Shown here piece by piece: positions 1 to 9,008 of a DNA stretch of 64,000 nucleotides. Made by a program: the position numbers and the translations under genes. The notes under the pieces are model-generated. The model saw only the letters and a program-made list of their open reading frames with translations, had not been told where the DNA came from and did no database searches. The number at the start of each line of letters is the position of its first letter. Positions within the stretch are counted from its first letter, which is position 1. This DNA is from a virus, in the IMG/VR virus record IMGVR_UViG_3300031688_001339; one strand, given 5' to 3'.

Positions 1-1493
1 TTGGTGGTGTATTCTTAACTTCAATGGACTTATTCTTTAGTTCAAAAGATGACAATATTCCAGTAACAGTACAAATTAGAGAAGTAGTAAATGGTTATCC
101 AGGAAAAAGAATAGTTCCATTTAGTGAATTAACTTTAAATCCGTCATCTGTAAACATAAGTACAGACGCAACAACAGCTACAACATTTACTTTTAACTCA
201 CCAGTTTATTTACAAGAAAAAACAGAATATTGTTTTGTTGTAATGGCTAATACTAATAATTACAACTGTTATGTTGGAAGATTAGGTGAAAAAGTAATAG
301 GTTCAGATAGAACAATTTCTCAACAACCTTATGCTGGTGTTATGTTTAAATCTCAAAACGGTTCTACATGGACAGCAGAACAAAATGAAGATATTAAATT
401 TAAAATCAAAAGAGCAGAATTTGAAAATGTTACAGGTACAGTTACTTTAACTAATGACGCTTTACCTACTAGAACATTAAAAACTAATCCTATTAGAACA
501 ACAAACTCTAGTGGTGTAATGACAGTTTCACATCCTAATCACGGTATGCATGGTACAACAAACAATGTTATAATTGCAGGTATTCCATCAGGAACTTACA
601 ATGGTGTTGCTCATTCCGATATTAATGGAACATACACAAGTATTTCAAACGTAACTTTAGATAGTTATGATATTACAACAAGTGGTACAGCAAATGCTAC
701 AGGAGATGTAGGTGGTACTGTTGTAACAGCAACACAAAACAGATTGTATGATGTTTTAAATCTAAACTTACAAACATTAAATGTTGCCGGTACAAGCATT
801 GCATATAACATGAGACCTACTTCAGGTAGATCAGTACATGGTTCAGAAACAGAATTTAGTTTAACAGGCGAGACTAGTCAAGTATCAACTATTGCAAATG
901 ACAATATTTACTTCACTTCACCTCAACTAGTTGCAAGTGCAATAAACGAAACAAACGAATTATCAGGAAGTAAGTCTTTATTTGTAAATCTTACTTTCAA
1001 TACTACTAACACTAAATTATCTCCAGTATTAGATATGCAAAGAGTTAGTGCTTACACAATTCAAAACAGAATTAACAAAGCAACAACAGGTAATACACCT
1101 AATTATGTTTCAGACATAGCTGCAAGTGATACATCATCAGCAGCTGCCTACATAACTAAATCTGTCGTACTAGATAATATCTCAACTGCTTTAGATGTAA
1201 GATTAACGCAGAATGTAAGATCAAGTTCTAGTGTAAAAGTTTATTACAGACTATCTTCTTCCGAAGAAGCTAGACTAATAGGTGATATAGGTTGGACACC
1301 ATTTAACAGTACAGGACTAGAAGACACAACAGTTACACCTGCTGAAGATGATAATACATTTAAAGAGTACAAATATAGTGCTTCAGGATTAAATGAGTTT
1401 ACTACTTTTCAAATAAAAATAGTTATGGAAGGAACAAACTCAGCATATCCACCAATAGTAAGAGATTTAAGAGGTATTGCATTAGCGATATAA
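1..1493 (+). CDS. Large virion structural protein (DUF4815/VrlC-like), C-terminal part, 5'-truncated
   Basis: Frame is open upstream of the ATG at 24 (GGVFLTSMDLFFSSKD); FKSQNGSTWT and PPIVRDLRGIAL end typical of marine T4-like structural proteins. Confidence 0.7.
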   Translation, partial: GGVFLTSMDLFFSSKDDNIPVTVQIREVVNGYPGKRIVPFSELTLNPSSVNISTDATTATTFTFNSPVYLQEKTEYCFVVMANTNNYNCYVGRLGEKVIGSDRTISQQPYAGVMFKSQNGSTWTAEQNEDIKFKIKRAEFENVTGTVTLTNDALPTRTLKTNPIRTTNSSGVMTVSHPNHGMHGTTNNVIIAGIPSGTYNGVAHSDINGTYTSISNVTLDSYDITTSGTANATGDVGGTVVTATQNRLYDVLNLNLQTLNVAGTSIAYNMRPTSGRSVHGSETEFSLTGETSQVSTIANDNIYFTSPQLVASAINETNELSGSKSLFVNLTFNTTNTKLSPVLDMQRVSAYTIQNRINKATTGNTPNYVSDIAASDTSSAAAYITKSVVLDNISTALDVRLTQNVRSSSSVKVYYRLSSSEEARLIGDIGWTPFNSTGLEDTTVTPAEDDNTFKEYKYSASGLNEFTTFQIKIVMEGTNSAYPPIVRDLRGIALAI

Positions 1494-1497
1494 TATT

Positions 1498-1719
1498 ATG
1501 GCAACTAATACATTAAAAGTACAAGGATTTGATGATTTAGTAAGAGACATAGATACCAAGGCTATTATTAACACTAATAGATCAGAATATAACTCATATA
1601 TGAAAAGAGTTAAATCTAGAGAAAGTGGCAATGATATGGTAAGAGGTCTTGTAACAGAGATAAATAATTTAAAGAAAGAATTATACGATATTAAGAAAGA
1701 TTTAAAAAAAGGTAAATAG
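1498..1719 (+). CDS. Small hypothetical protein of marine T4-like phages, coiled-coil C-terminus
   Basis: LVRDIDTKAIINTN motif; tight operon spacing. Confidence 0.65.
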   Translation: MATNTLKVQGFDDLVRDIDTKAIINTNRSEYNSYMKRVKSRESGNDMVRGLVTEINNLKKELYDIKKDLKKGK

Positions 1720-1721
1720 TT

Positions 1722-2258
1722 ATGGCAGTAAAAAATATATCAGGAACAGACACACTAGAAACATTTAGAACACAGTTTAACGACTTAGCTTTAAATGACT
1801 TTGGTGATTCTGCTTTACTTGCAAGTGCAGGTATATCAGCAACGTCTGTTGTGGGTGCAGTAGTAGAATTATCTTCACAAATAGGTACAGGTCAAGGACA
1901 CTATATTAGAGACGCAAGTTCAACAGTTCAGTTAATTGCTCCAGGTAATACTATATCTTTTCTAGGTACAAGTAATCAGATAAATGCTGTAGTTTCAAGT
2001 CCCGATACAGTAACACTTGCTTTTCCAACTAACGTAAATGTTGTTAATTTGACAGTTAGTGGTACTTTAAATGGACAGACTGTAACCTTTCCAAGTACAG
2101 CAGGAGAAATAATATCAACTGGTTCAATAGATTTAGTTGCTGAAACTATGATGGCTGATGACGCTATTGGTTCAACACAAATGAAAACATTATCTACACT
2201 ATTAATTAAAAATAGTTCAGGTTCTACTTTAAAAACACTACACGGCGCCGGCGTTTAA
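1722..2258 (+). CDS. Virion fibre/whisker-like structural protein
   Basis: N-terminal DTLETFRTQFN fibre-attachment-like motif; C-terminal IKNSSGxxLKT motif shared with ORFs 30165 and 32373. Confidence 0.55.
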   Translation: MAVKNISGTDTLETFRTQFNDLALNDFGDSALLASAGISATSVVGAVVELSSQIGTGQGHYIRDASSTVQLIAPGNTISFLGTSNQINAVVSSPDTVTLAFPTNVNVVNLTVSGTLNGQTVTFPSTAGEIISTGSIDLVAETMMADDAIGSTQMKTLSTLLIKNSSGSTLKTLHGAGV

Positions 2259-2278
2259 AACTAGTCACTTAACGGTGA

Positions 2279-2286
2279 TATAAATA
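2279..2286 (+). promoter_or_regulatory. T4-type late promoter TATAAATA
   Basis: Exact gp55 consensus, 5 nt before the ATG at 2292. Confidence 0.7.
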
Positions 2287-2291
2287 AGATT

Positions 2292-3023
2292 ATGAATATA
2301 TTATTAACAGGCAGTGAAGGATTTATAGGTAAACACCTTCATAAACATCTAGAAAAAAACAATCACAAAGTAATCCCAATAGACAAACTAACAGGTAACG
2401 ATTTATTAAATTGTGACCTTAAATACGATGTAGATTTAGTCATACACTTGGCTGGTCTATCAGGTGTTAGAGATAGTTTAGATAGACCTACAGAATACTG
2501 GAAAGAAAATGTAATTGCAGGTCAGAGACTATTTGAATACTTTCCAGACACAAGAATACTATATGCAAGTTCATCAACAGCAATAGAACCTTGGCGTAAT
2601 CCTTATGCCATGAGTAAACTATCTTTAGAACAATTAGCACCTAAAAATAGTGTCGGTATGAGATTTACAACTGTATACGGACCAGGCGCTAGAGAACATA
2701 TGTTGATACCAAGAATTTTAAGAAATGATGTACCATTTATTCATACCAATCATACAAGAGACTTTATTCATGTAAATGATATATTAAGTGCGATTGATAC
2801 ATTAATAAAAAGTGATTATCAAGGTGTAACCGATGTTGGTAGAGGAGAGTCTTACAATCTATTAGATTTGATCGCAACATTTAAAATTGATTGTGAAAGA
2901 GCTATAGGTGGTGAGTTTGAGAGATTAGATAACAAAGCAGATAACACAGTATTAAACAAACTAAATTGGTCAACTACAATTGACCTATATGATTATATAA
3001 AGGATAGAAAAAATGTTCAATGA
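2292..3023 (+). CDS. NAD-dependent nucleotide-sugar epimerase/dehydratase
   Basis: TGSEGFIG Rossmann motif, HLAG, YASSS, YAMSK (YxxxK), RFTTVYG, RDFIHVND. Confidence 0.9.
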   Translation: MNILLTGSEGFIGKHLHKHLEKNNHKVIPIDKLTGNDLLNCDLKYDVDLVIHLAGLSGVRDSLDRPTEYWKENVIAGQRLFEYFPDTRILYASSSTAIEPWRNPYAMSKLSLEQLAPKNSVGMRFTTVYGPGAREHMLIPRILRNDVPFIHTNHTRDFIHVNDILSAIDTLIKSDYQGVTDVGRGESYNLLDLIATFKIDCERAIGGEFERLDNKADNTVLNKLNWSTTIDLYDYIKDRKNVQ

Positions 3024-3495
3024 AGAATTATTAAAAAACCATCTAGTTTCAGCACACTTTACTAACAGTGATAGAACATGGATTGAAGTATTAACAAATG
3101 AAGTAAAAGGTAGTTTAACACCTTATCATATTGAGTATGATGAAAATCATTCTCTATACCAATTGTTAAGTAAATTCGTAACTGTAGACCAATTGCATGA
3201 AAATACATATGCTAGAAATGAAGAAGCAAGAAAAGAGTTTGAAAAATCAAGTTTAGAGATAGCTGTTAAAGCAGGTCTTGTACAAACAGACGAAACATCA
3301 CCAACTAGAGTACTTGACTACATCTTTAACAAAAAAGAAAGTGAAGATGAAATGTTTGCTTTGAAGATTGCTTTATTTGAAATTGATGAGATTAAAGATT
3401 CTAAAGATGTCAAAGCTAAGAAAGCAATGAGAAAGAGTAAGACTAAACTTGAACTGTTGAAATCGGCGATTGATCTTTATAGTGCGGAATTATAA
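3013..3495 (+). CDS. Hypothetical protein
   Basis: 160-aa ORF overlapping the epimerase stop. Confidence 0.6.
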   Translation: MFNEELLKNHLVSAHFTNSDRTWIEVLTNEVKGSLTPYHIEYDENHSLYQLLSKFVTVDQLHENTYARNEEARKEFEKSSLEIAVKAGLVQTDETSPTRVLDYIFNKKESEDEMFALKIALFEIDEIKDSKDVKAKKAMRKSKTKLELLKSAIDLYSAEL

Positions 3496-4054
3496 AATCT
3501 GACCACCAACCATTCCAACCTGGTTCTAAAAGATGGTTCATTTGACCTAGAGTACATATACTAAATTCTTTTGGTGGCACTTCATACATATAGTTTTTAA
3601 TAGAAGGACAAACTTTATCATAGTTTTTGTAATCTATTTCTCTATAGTAAAATTCATCACTACCTTTATTGTACTTTTCAAGATACATTTTTTCATTTGA
3701 TTTAAATTTATCCCATATGTGAGAAACATCTCCTGTCCATGAAACAATAGTAGAGTTTAGTGGTGTGTGGGCTTCTTCTCTCCACCACAAATCATTCAAT
3801 AAAGTAAAGTCTTTACGAAATAAATTAGGTAACTCCTTCCATATAATAACATCTAAATCAAAATATAAATTTTCCCCATCACGAAATTTGTCATACATTT
3901 GAAACTTATTGTACCAATTACCGTAAAGGTCCGTTTCTAAAACTTCAAAACTATCATAAGATATTCCAGAGTGGAAATCTATCATATATTTTAAGTTATC
4001 AACATGCCATTGAGTAAACTTATTACCAAATTTACAAGCTATTATTCTTCTCAT
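3443..4054 (-). CDS. GT-A fold glycosyltransferase-like protein
   Basis: WYNKFQMY, YFDLDVII (DxD), LNSTIVSW, GSDEF. Confidence 0.7.
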   Translation of the reverse strand: MRRIIACKFGNKFTQWHVDNLKYMIDFHSGISYDSFEVLETDLYGNWYNKFQMYDKFRDGENLYFDLDVIIWKELPNLFRKDFTLLNDLWWREEAHTPLNSTIVSWTGDVSHIWDKFKSNEKMYLEKYNKGSDEFYYREIDYKNYDKVCPSIKNYMYEVPPKEFSICTLGQMNHLLEPGWNGWWSDFIIPHYKDQSPISTVQV

Positions 4055-4056
4055 TA

Positions 4057-4692
4057 TTAACTCCTAGGAGGCGTTCTATCAGAAACAACATAGGGTATTC
4101 CATCACTGTAATACCTTACATCATCAATGTCACATATTAAATCAAGATTAGCCCATTGTCCTGATTTTTTAATTTTTTGATATAAATTTGCAAAAGATTT
4201 CATATATTTTTCAGGTCCTACACCAGATACTTCATAGTCTCCACACATAGACAATATTATTTGTGTATAGTGACCTTGTTCAGCCCAACGTAAAGCAGAG
4301 TGATCTAATGTTTTAAAAACACAACCTGCTAGGTTTTGACCTGCTACAAGTACGTTTTGAATTTCTTTACCTTTTAATTTGAATTTATTTTTTATACTCA
4401 CAATGGAGTTAAGGTTTCCATTTTTATATTTGCTATCCCATTCTAACCACTGCCAATCATATCTTCCTTTAACTTCTTCGTATAAGTTATTTAGATTGTA
4501 TGCATTAGGAACTTTTTCATCTAAATTTTCAGATACTATACAAAGGTCTTCACAAGGGTGTTCAAACAGTAATCTTTTTAAAGTACTGAAACGAAGATCC
4601 TCTAACTCTTTGTCACGGTTAAGAAACGAATTACCTTCAAAGTCAATTAAGTTTAGAAGTGTGACTTGTTTAAGTTTTTCTGGGTGGTACAT
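4057..4692 (-). CDS. Possible isochorismatase/cysteine-hydrolase fold protein
   Basis: LLNLIDFEG and VLVAGQNLAGCVFKT...AEQGHYTQII resemble the catalytic Asp and GxxxxxCV motifs. Confidence 0.45.
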   Translation of the reverse strand: MYHPEKLKQVTLLNLIDFEGNSFLNRDKELEDLRFSTLKRLLFEHPCEDLCIVSENLDEKVPNAYNLNNLYEEVKGRYDWQWLEWDSKYKNGNLNSIVSIKNKFKLKGKEIQNVLVAGQNLAGCVFKTLDHSALRWAEQGHYTQIILSMCGDYEVSGVGPEKYMKSFANLYQKIKKSGQWANLDLICDIDDVRYYSDGIPYVVSDRTPPRS

Positions 4693-4694
4693 TA

Positions 4695-5450
4695 TTAATC
4701 TTCAAATGCCCATGTCTTCTCGTTACACCAGAAACATTTATTACAATTTTCAAGAGTTTGCGACCAAGCACATGATTTAGTTAAAGGATATAAACTATCC
4801 ATTAGATTGTGTTCTTTAAAAACACCTGCTACGAATTTCTTATCGTTTCTTAAATAAGGTTGATATGTAAGACCACCTTTATCTATTGTGTCCATAACTT
4901 TCAGTTTACTTTCACCAGGATCTCTTTTTCTTTCTGCCACTTTATAAAATCCTCTTTCTTTCTGTACATCTACAGGAGGATTAGAAGTCATAGCCATAAC
5001 AACAGGTGCGTCATACTGTAAAGACATTTTTGATCTTTTATCTCTATTTTGTAAAGCCTTTGAACAACCATTTAATGTTCCCCACATAGAAACTTTTTTA
5101 CCATTTACTATAAGACTACCTTTTGGTGAGGCCATTGCTAGTTTTGCTTTCTCTTGCCAAACTGGATCAGACGTAGATACTGTAAATATCTTTAGATCAT
5201 GTAGTTTAGGAAATTTGTTTTGTAACCATTGATGTACTTCTATAGCACGTTCAGTGTCTATAGGACAGTCTTCATCTTTGGTATGAAAAGGGTACATATC
5301 TATGTTAGGAAAGTTTGTACCTATTAAGTATGTAAGTGATGATGAATCACAGCCACCTGATAATGATACTACAACCTTATCTGGTGGTCCTTCTGGAAAA
5401 TGTTCTTTTCCGAATAAGTCAATAGTTTGATTGCCGTATGTTAGTTCCAT
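4695..5450 (-). CDS. QueC-like PP-loop ATP pyrophosphatase
   Basis: VVSLSGGCDSS PP-loop; C-terminal TKSC...CNKCFWC zinc motif. Confidence 0.75.
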   Translation of the reverse strand: MELTYGNQTIDLFGKEHFPEGPPDKVVVSLSGGCDSSSLTYLIGTNFPNIDMYPFHTKDEDCPIDTERAIEVHQWLQNKFPKLHDLKIFTVSTSDPVWQEKAKLAMASPKGSLIVNGKKVSMWGTLNGCSKALQNRDKRSKMSLQYDAPVVMAMTSNPPVDVQKERGFYKVAERKRDPGESKLKVMDTIDKGGLTYQPYLRNDKKFVAGVFKEHNLMDSLYPLTKSCAWSQTLENCNKCFWCNEKTWAFED

Positions 5451-5459
5451 AATAAATCC

Positions 5460-6746
5460 TTAATAATTAGTTTCTCTTTTTGCCTTTAAATAGTATTCTT
5501 CTAGTTCGGGGTGTGTTGTAAATAAATCGTGTCCTTCTTTTTTACTAAAACCATTTTGGTCTAAATCGTGACAGTAATCAATTGTCTTAATAAATTCTTC
5601 AACATCTTGTTCTTTGTCTAATGCTTTTATAATATTAGGATAGTCTTTATAAAATGGTTTTAACTTCTCTTTAATTTCTTTAGGTAAATTCTTTACTTGT
5701 AATATTCTTGGGTGTTCAATGATATAAAACGTGTGTTGTATACCCATATCTTTTAATAATGCAATTAGTTTATAATTTTCTAGTACACTTAAAAAAGATA
5801 TTACAGAGTGAACATTAACTCTTGCGTTTCTTCTAGCTCTCATTGTTTTCACATTATCCAAAAGTGAAGGCCAATCTGATTTCTTTCTTAAATAGTCATT
5901 ATATTTACCGTAACTATCTATTGATACTTTCATAACAAACTCTTTGAAGTGAGGAAAGTAATCTCTAAAGTTGTAACCGTCCATATCAAATACTGATAAG
6001 TTTGTTTTATAGATTAAGTCTATACCTTTTGAATGACCTGTTGCTACTAATTTGTCTAATAGTTTGTAGTGATTTTTCATAACTAAAGGTTCGCCACCAA
6101 TTAGTTTGATTGATCTAGTATACTTTGCTACGGAGGCAACATCGTCTGTATATTCATCGTCATCATGTTTCATTGTATTCATTCTTTCACCGTCTTTAGG
6201 GTCTAGATCAGGATCATATACTTTTTTTAATTGTTTTAGTGAGAGAGTTCTAGTGTTAGCACTTCTTGGTGTACACATATAACAATCTAGATTACAAGCA
6301 TTACCAAACATCTTCATTTTAATATCTAGTATTCTTTCATCAAATTCTGTAATTGCTCCTTCTTCAACAAACTTTTGAACGGCTCTTAATAATTCTGGTA
6401 CTTTACTATCAAATGTTCCTGCTAGTATTTGTTCAGTATACTTTTGTCTGTCTGAACGACCATATTTTTGTTCTTGTTTCCAACAACCTGTACAATGATG
6501 TCTAAAATATTTTGGATCATAATCTTCTTTTAACATTTCTGCTCTTAATTTATTTTGATAGTCGGAAGTATACCATTCTTTTATTTTAGTATCTTCCATG
6601 TTATGGCCAGTTCTAGCTAGTGCGTCATAACAAGGTGCATATCTGCCACTTAAACTAGAGAATACGTGTGTGAAAGGAAGTGGACAAAACCATAGTTTTT
6701 TATCTTTTAGTTTTTGTTCAAACTCTTTTTTCTGTTGCTCGTTCAT
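5460..6746 (-). CDS. Radical SAM protein with N-terminal twitch/SPASM-like Cys domain
   Basis: CNLDCYMC, GGEPL; N-terminal CPLPF...PC...CTGCW. Confidence 0.85.
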   Translation of the reverse strand: MNEQQKKEFEQKLKDKKLWFCPLPFTHVFSSLSGRYAPCYDALARTGHNMEDTKIKEWYTSDYQNKLRAEMLKEDYDPKYFRHHCTGCWKQEQKYGRSDRQKYTEQILAGTFDSKVPELLRAVQKFVEEGAITEFDERILDIKMKMFGNACNLDCYMCTPRSANTRTLSLKQLKKVYDPDLDPKDGERMNTMKHDDDEYTDDVASVAKYTRSIKLIGGEPLVMKNHYKLLDKLVATGHSKGIDLIYKTNLSVFDMDGYNFRDYFPHFKEFVMKVSIDSYGKYNDYLRKKSDWPSLLDNVKTMRARRNARVNVHSVISFLSVLENYKLIALLKDMGIQHTFYIIEHPRILQVKNLPKEIKEKLKPFYKDYPNIIKALDKEQDVEEFIKTIDYCHDLDQNGFSKKEGHDLFTTHPELEEYYLKAKRETNY

Positions 6747-6747
6747 A

Positions 6748-7539
6748 CTAGTTATTTATCCATATGTTATACAACGGACTTTGAGGACTGCCATGTATAG
6801 AACGATTAGGTCCTGTATAGTGTACCATCTTTAGTGTCTCAGCTGGTTCATCTAGTAACATATAGTCAACATTAAAAGTTTTAGCGTATAGTTTATTTAA
6901 AGCAATCATATCTTCTCTATTTTCTGTATATTTACCTAACCATTCTGGTGGTGTCAAAGTAAGTTTACTTTTCTTTTCAAATATTTTCCAATCAACATAA
7001 TTTTGTTCTCCATAATACTTAAAGTGTACTTTACCTGTATTGTAATAATGTAATTGCCAATATGGTGGATTAAGTGCGAAATCGTCCCATATATGCTTAA
7101 ACTGTCCTGATTTAAATTTATAAAAACCACCGTTTAGTGGTAAGATATTATTGTCTTTAAGTTTCTTTTCTTCACCATTTGTTGTAGCATTATTCCACCA
7201 AGTGCCATAAGATACTAGTTCATCATCACCGACAGGAAAACCTATAAGATCATCTACATTACCTACAACAACTTGATCTATATCCATTATTATTATATCA
7301 TCACCTGGCTGTTGACCACCAAATAGAGGACTAAAGAATTTTAATTTATGCCAGTGTTTTTTAATGTCGCTATGATGATTATAAGGTAGTACAACATCTG
7401 CTTCAACATTAGGATCGTCACTTATACATACTGATCTAAAAGGTATACTACTATTCTTTCTTAAAGCCTTATAGAAGTTACCAACATAGTCTGGCGTATA
7501 AGTGCCTTTATAATATACAGTGCATATTCTAATCATCAA
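6748..7539 (-). CDS. GT-A fold glycosyltransferase-like protein
   Basis: HWHKLKFF, IMDIDQVV (DxD), NGGFYKF, GEQNYV; paralogue of ORF 3443. Confidence 0.7.
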   Translation of the reverse strand: MMIRICTVYYKGTYTPDYVGNFYKALRKNSSIPFRSVCISDDPNVEADVVLPYNHHSDIKKHWHKLKFFSPLFGGQQPGDDIIIMDIDQVVVGNVDDLIGFPVGDDELVSYGTWWNNATTNGEEKKLKDNNILPLNGGFYKFKSGQFKHIWDDFALNPPYWQLHYYNTGKVHFKYYGEQNYVDWKIFEKKSKLTLTPPEWLGKYTENREDMIALNKLYAKTFNVDYMLLDEPAETLKMVHYTGPNRSIHGSPQSPLYNIWINN

Positions 7540-8383
7540 TATGTTTCCATATCAAATCAAATCTTTTATTAATGGCATGTATAAGTTTGGCTGTCGTAGG
7601 AATAAACATTTGACTATCAAAAAAATAATGCCAATCTTTGTCTAACCATTGTACCGGTACTTTCTTTTCTTTTAACTTAACAGCAAACAGTGTCTCGTTA
7701 TCATAACCAAAGAAATCAGCAATCTTTTTAGGAAATAAATCGTATACTCCTATAAGACTTGTCATTAATTTAAGGTCATCTTTAAAATCAGTAAAGTATT
7801 CTAATTGATCTAAATGCTTTTTACTAATACCTACTATACCTGTATTAATAACATCATTGGTTGGACTTAAACCTTTCTCTATTAACATAGCCTGAGCATT
7901 ATAGTACTTGGCGTTTGGACTTCTTATTGTTTGAGTTTTAGGTGTTATTCTTTGAATAGGACTTACTCTTTCATTGTTATTTAAAACACATATACCTTTT
8001 GATAAGTCCCATACTTCAAAAAAGTTTTCATTTGTATTAGGAACAACATCAAAGTCTAGGTACAATACTTCATCGTATTTCTTACCAAACTCATATAGTA
8101 GATGTATCTTAAAGAAATTAACTATGTTATAACTTGTAATTTCTGGATAGTTTTTTCTAAAGAATTTATAGTACTCTGTATAGTCTTCAACCATTTTAAA
8201 GTCTACACCAATACTCTTAGCATATTCAACTTTACAATCTACCAATCTTTGATAGTTTATTTGAAATTCATTTTTAGTATTATAGTTTGTATGTACGGCG
8301 TCTGGTTTCTTTATATGATCGTCAAATAAATCTAACTCTGCCTTAGGTATATCTATGAATAAACTGAATATTATTCTTTTCAT
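7529..8383 (-). CDS. GT-A fold glycosyl/nucleotidyl-transferase-like protein
   Basis: LYLDFDVV (DxD), INTGIV, DNETLF; start moved to the ATG at 8383, which follows SD AAGGAG. Confidence 0.7.
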   Translation of the reverse strand: MKRIIFSLFIDIPKAELDLFDDHIKKPDAVHTNYNTKNEFQINYQRLVDCKVEYAKSIGVDFKMVEDYTEYYKFFRKNYPEITSYNIVNFFKIHLLYEFGKKYDEVLYLDFDVVPNTNENFFEVWDLSKGICVLNNNERVSPIQRITPKTQTIRSPNAKYYNAQAMLIEKGLSPTNDVINTGIVGISKKHLDQLEYFTDFKDDLKLMTSLIGVYDLFPKKIADFFGYDNETLFAVKLKEKKVPVQWLDKDWHYFFDSQMFIPTTAKLIHAINKRFDLIWKHIDD

Positions 8384-8384
8384 A

Positions 8385-9008
8385 CTACTCCTTGTAGTGT
8401 GCTGGTGTATCTGTTTCCAGTTTACCAATTAATAAAAATCTTGTTCCTCTATAGTCTGTTACCTTTTCTTCAGCAAGAACTGTTGCTGTATCTGGTAACT
8501 GTTTTTTAAAATCTTCTATTGTATCTACACAGTTTATATGTCCTTCAATATCATACATGTCGTTAGATGTAAAAGCAAAGTAAGAATTTATGTTACTTAA
8601 AATCTTTAAGTCTCTCATAGGTTTCATATGTTCACAAGAGGTGTTAATAATAAGTTTTGTTCTTTTAATTCTGTTAGAATCTTCAGCCCATTCAAAACAA
8701 TCTTTATTAACAAAGTCTATTTGTTTATATCCTGGATATATTCTATATTTGTTTCTACTAATAACTTGTGGATCTAAATCTATAGCAGTAATTCTTTTAA
8801 CTTCATGGTAAAAGGCAGGTATTAATATACTACCATACCAACAACCAAAAATAGCTATATCATCTTCTTTTTCTAATGGTACTAATTTCTTAATATGATC
8901 TATAAGTTTTATTTTAGTATTGAATTGGTTAGGACTTAATGAATCTAATAGATCACTATTCTCTCTAATTTCTTCCATTATATTTTTAAATAAATTTAAA
9001 TCAATCAT
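8385..9008 (-). CDS. Class I SAM-dependent methyltransferase-like protein
   Basis: IAIFGCWYG motif I, AIDLD motif II, INTSCEHM. Confidence 0.65.
   Translation of the reverse strand: MIDLNLFKNIMEEIRENSDLLDSLSPNQFNTKIKLIDHIKKLVPLEKEDDIAIFGCWYGSILIPAFYHEVKRITAIDLDPQVISRNKYRIYPGYKQIDFVNKDCFEWAEDSNRIKRTKLIINTSCEHMKPMRDLKILSNINSYFAFTSNDMYDIEGHINCVDTIEDFKKQLPDTATVLAEEKVTDYRGTRFLLIGKLETDTPAHYKE

Noticed and set aside
4695-5450. 7-deazaguanine DNA modification pathway
   Set aside because: No folE, queD or dpdA/tgt in the window, and the gene sits in a late glycosylation-type operon; such genes could still lie outside the window.
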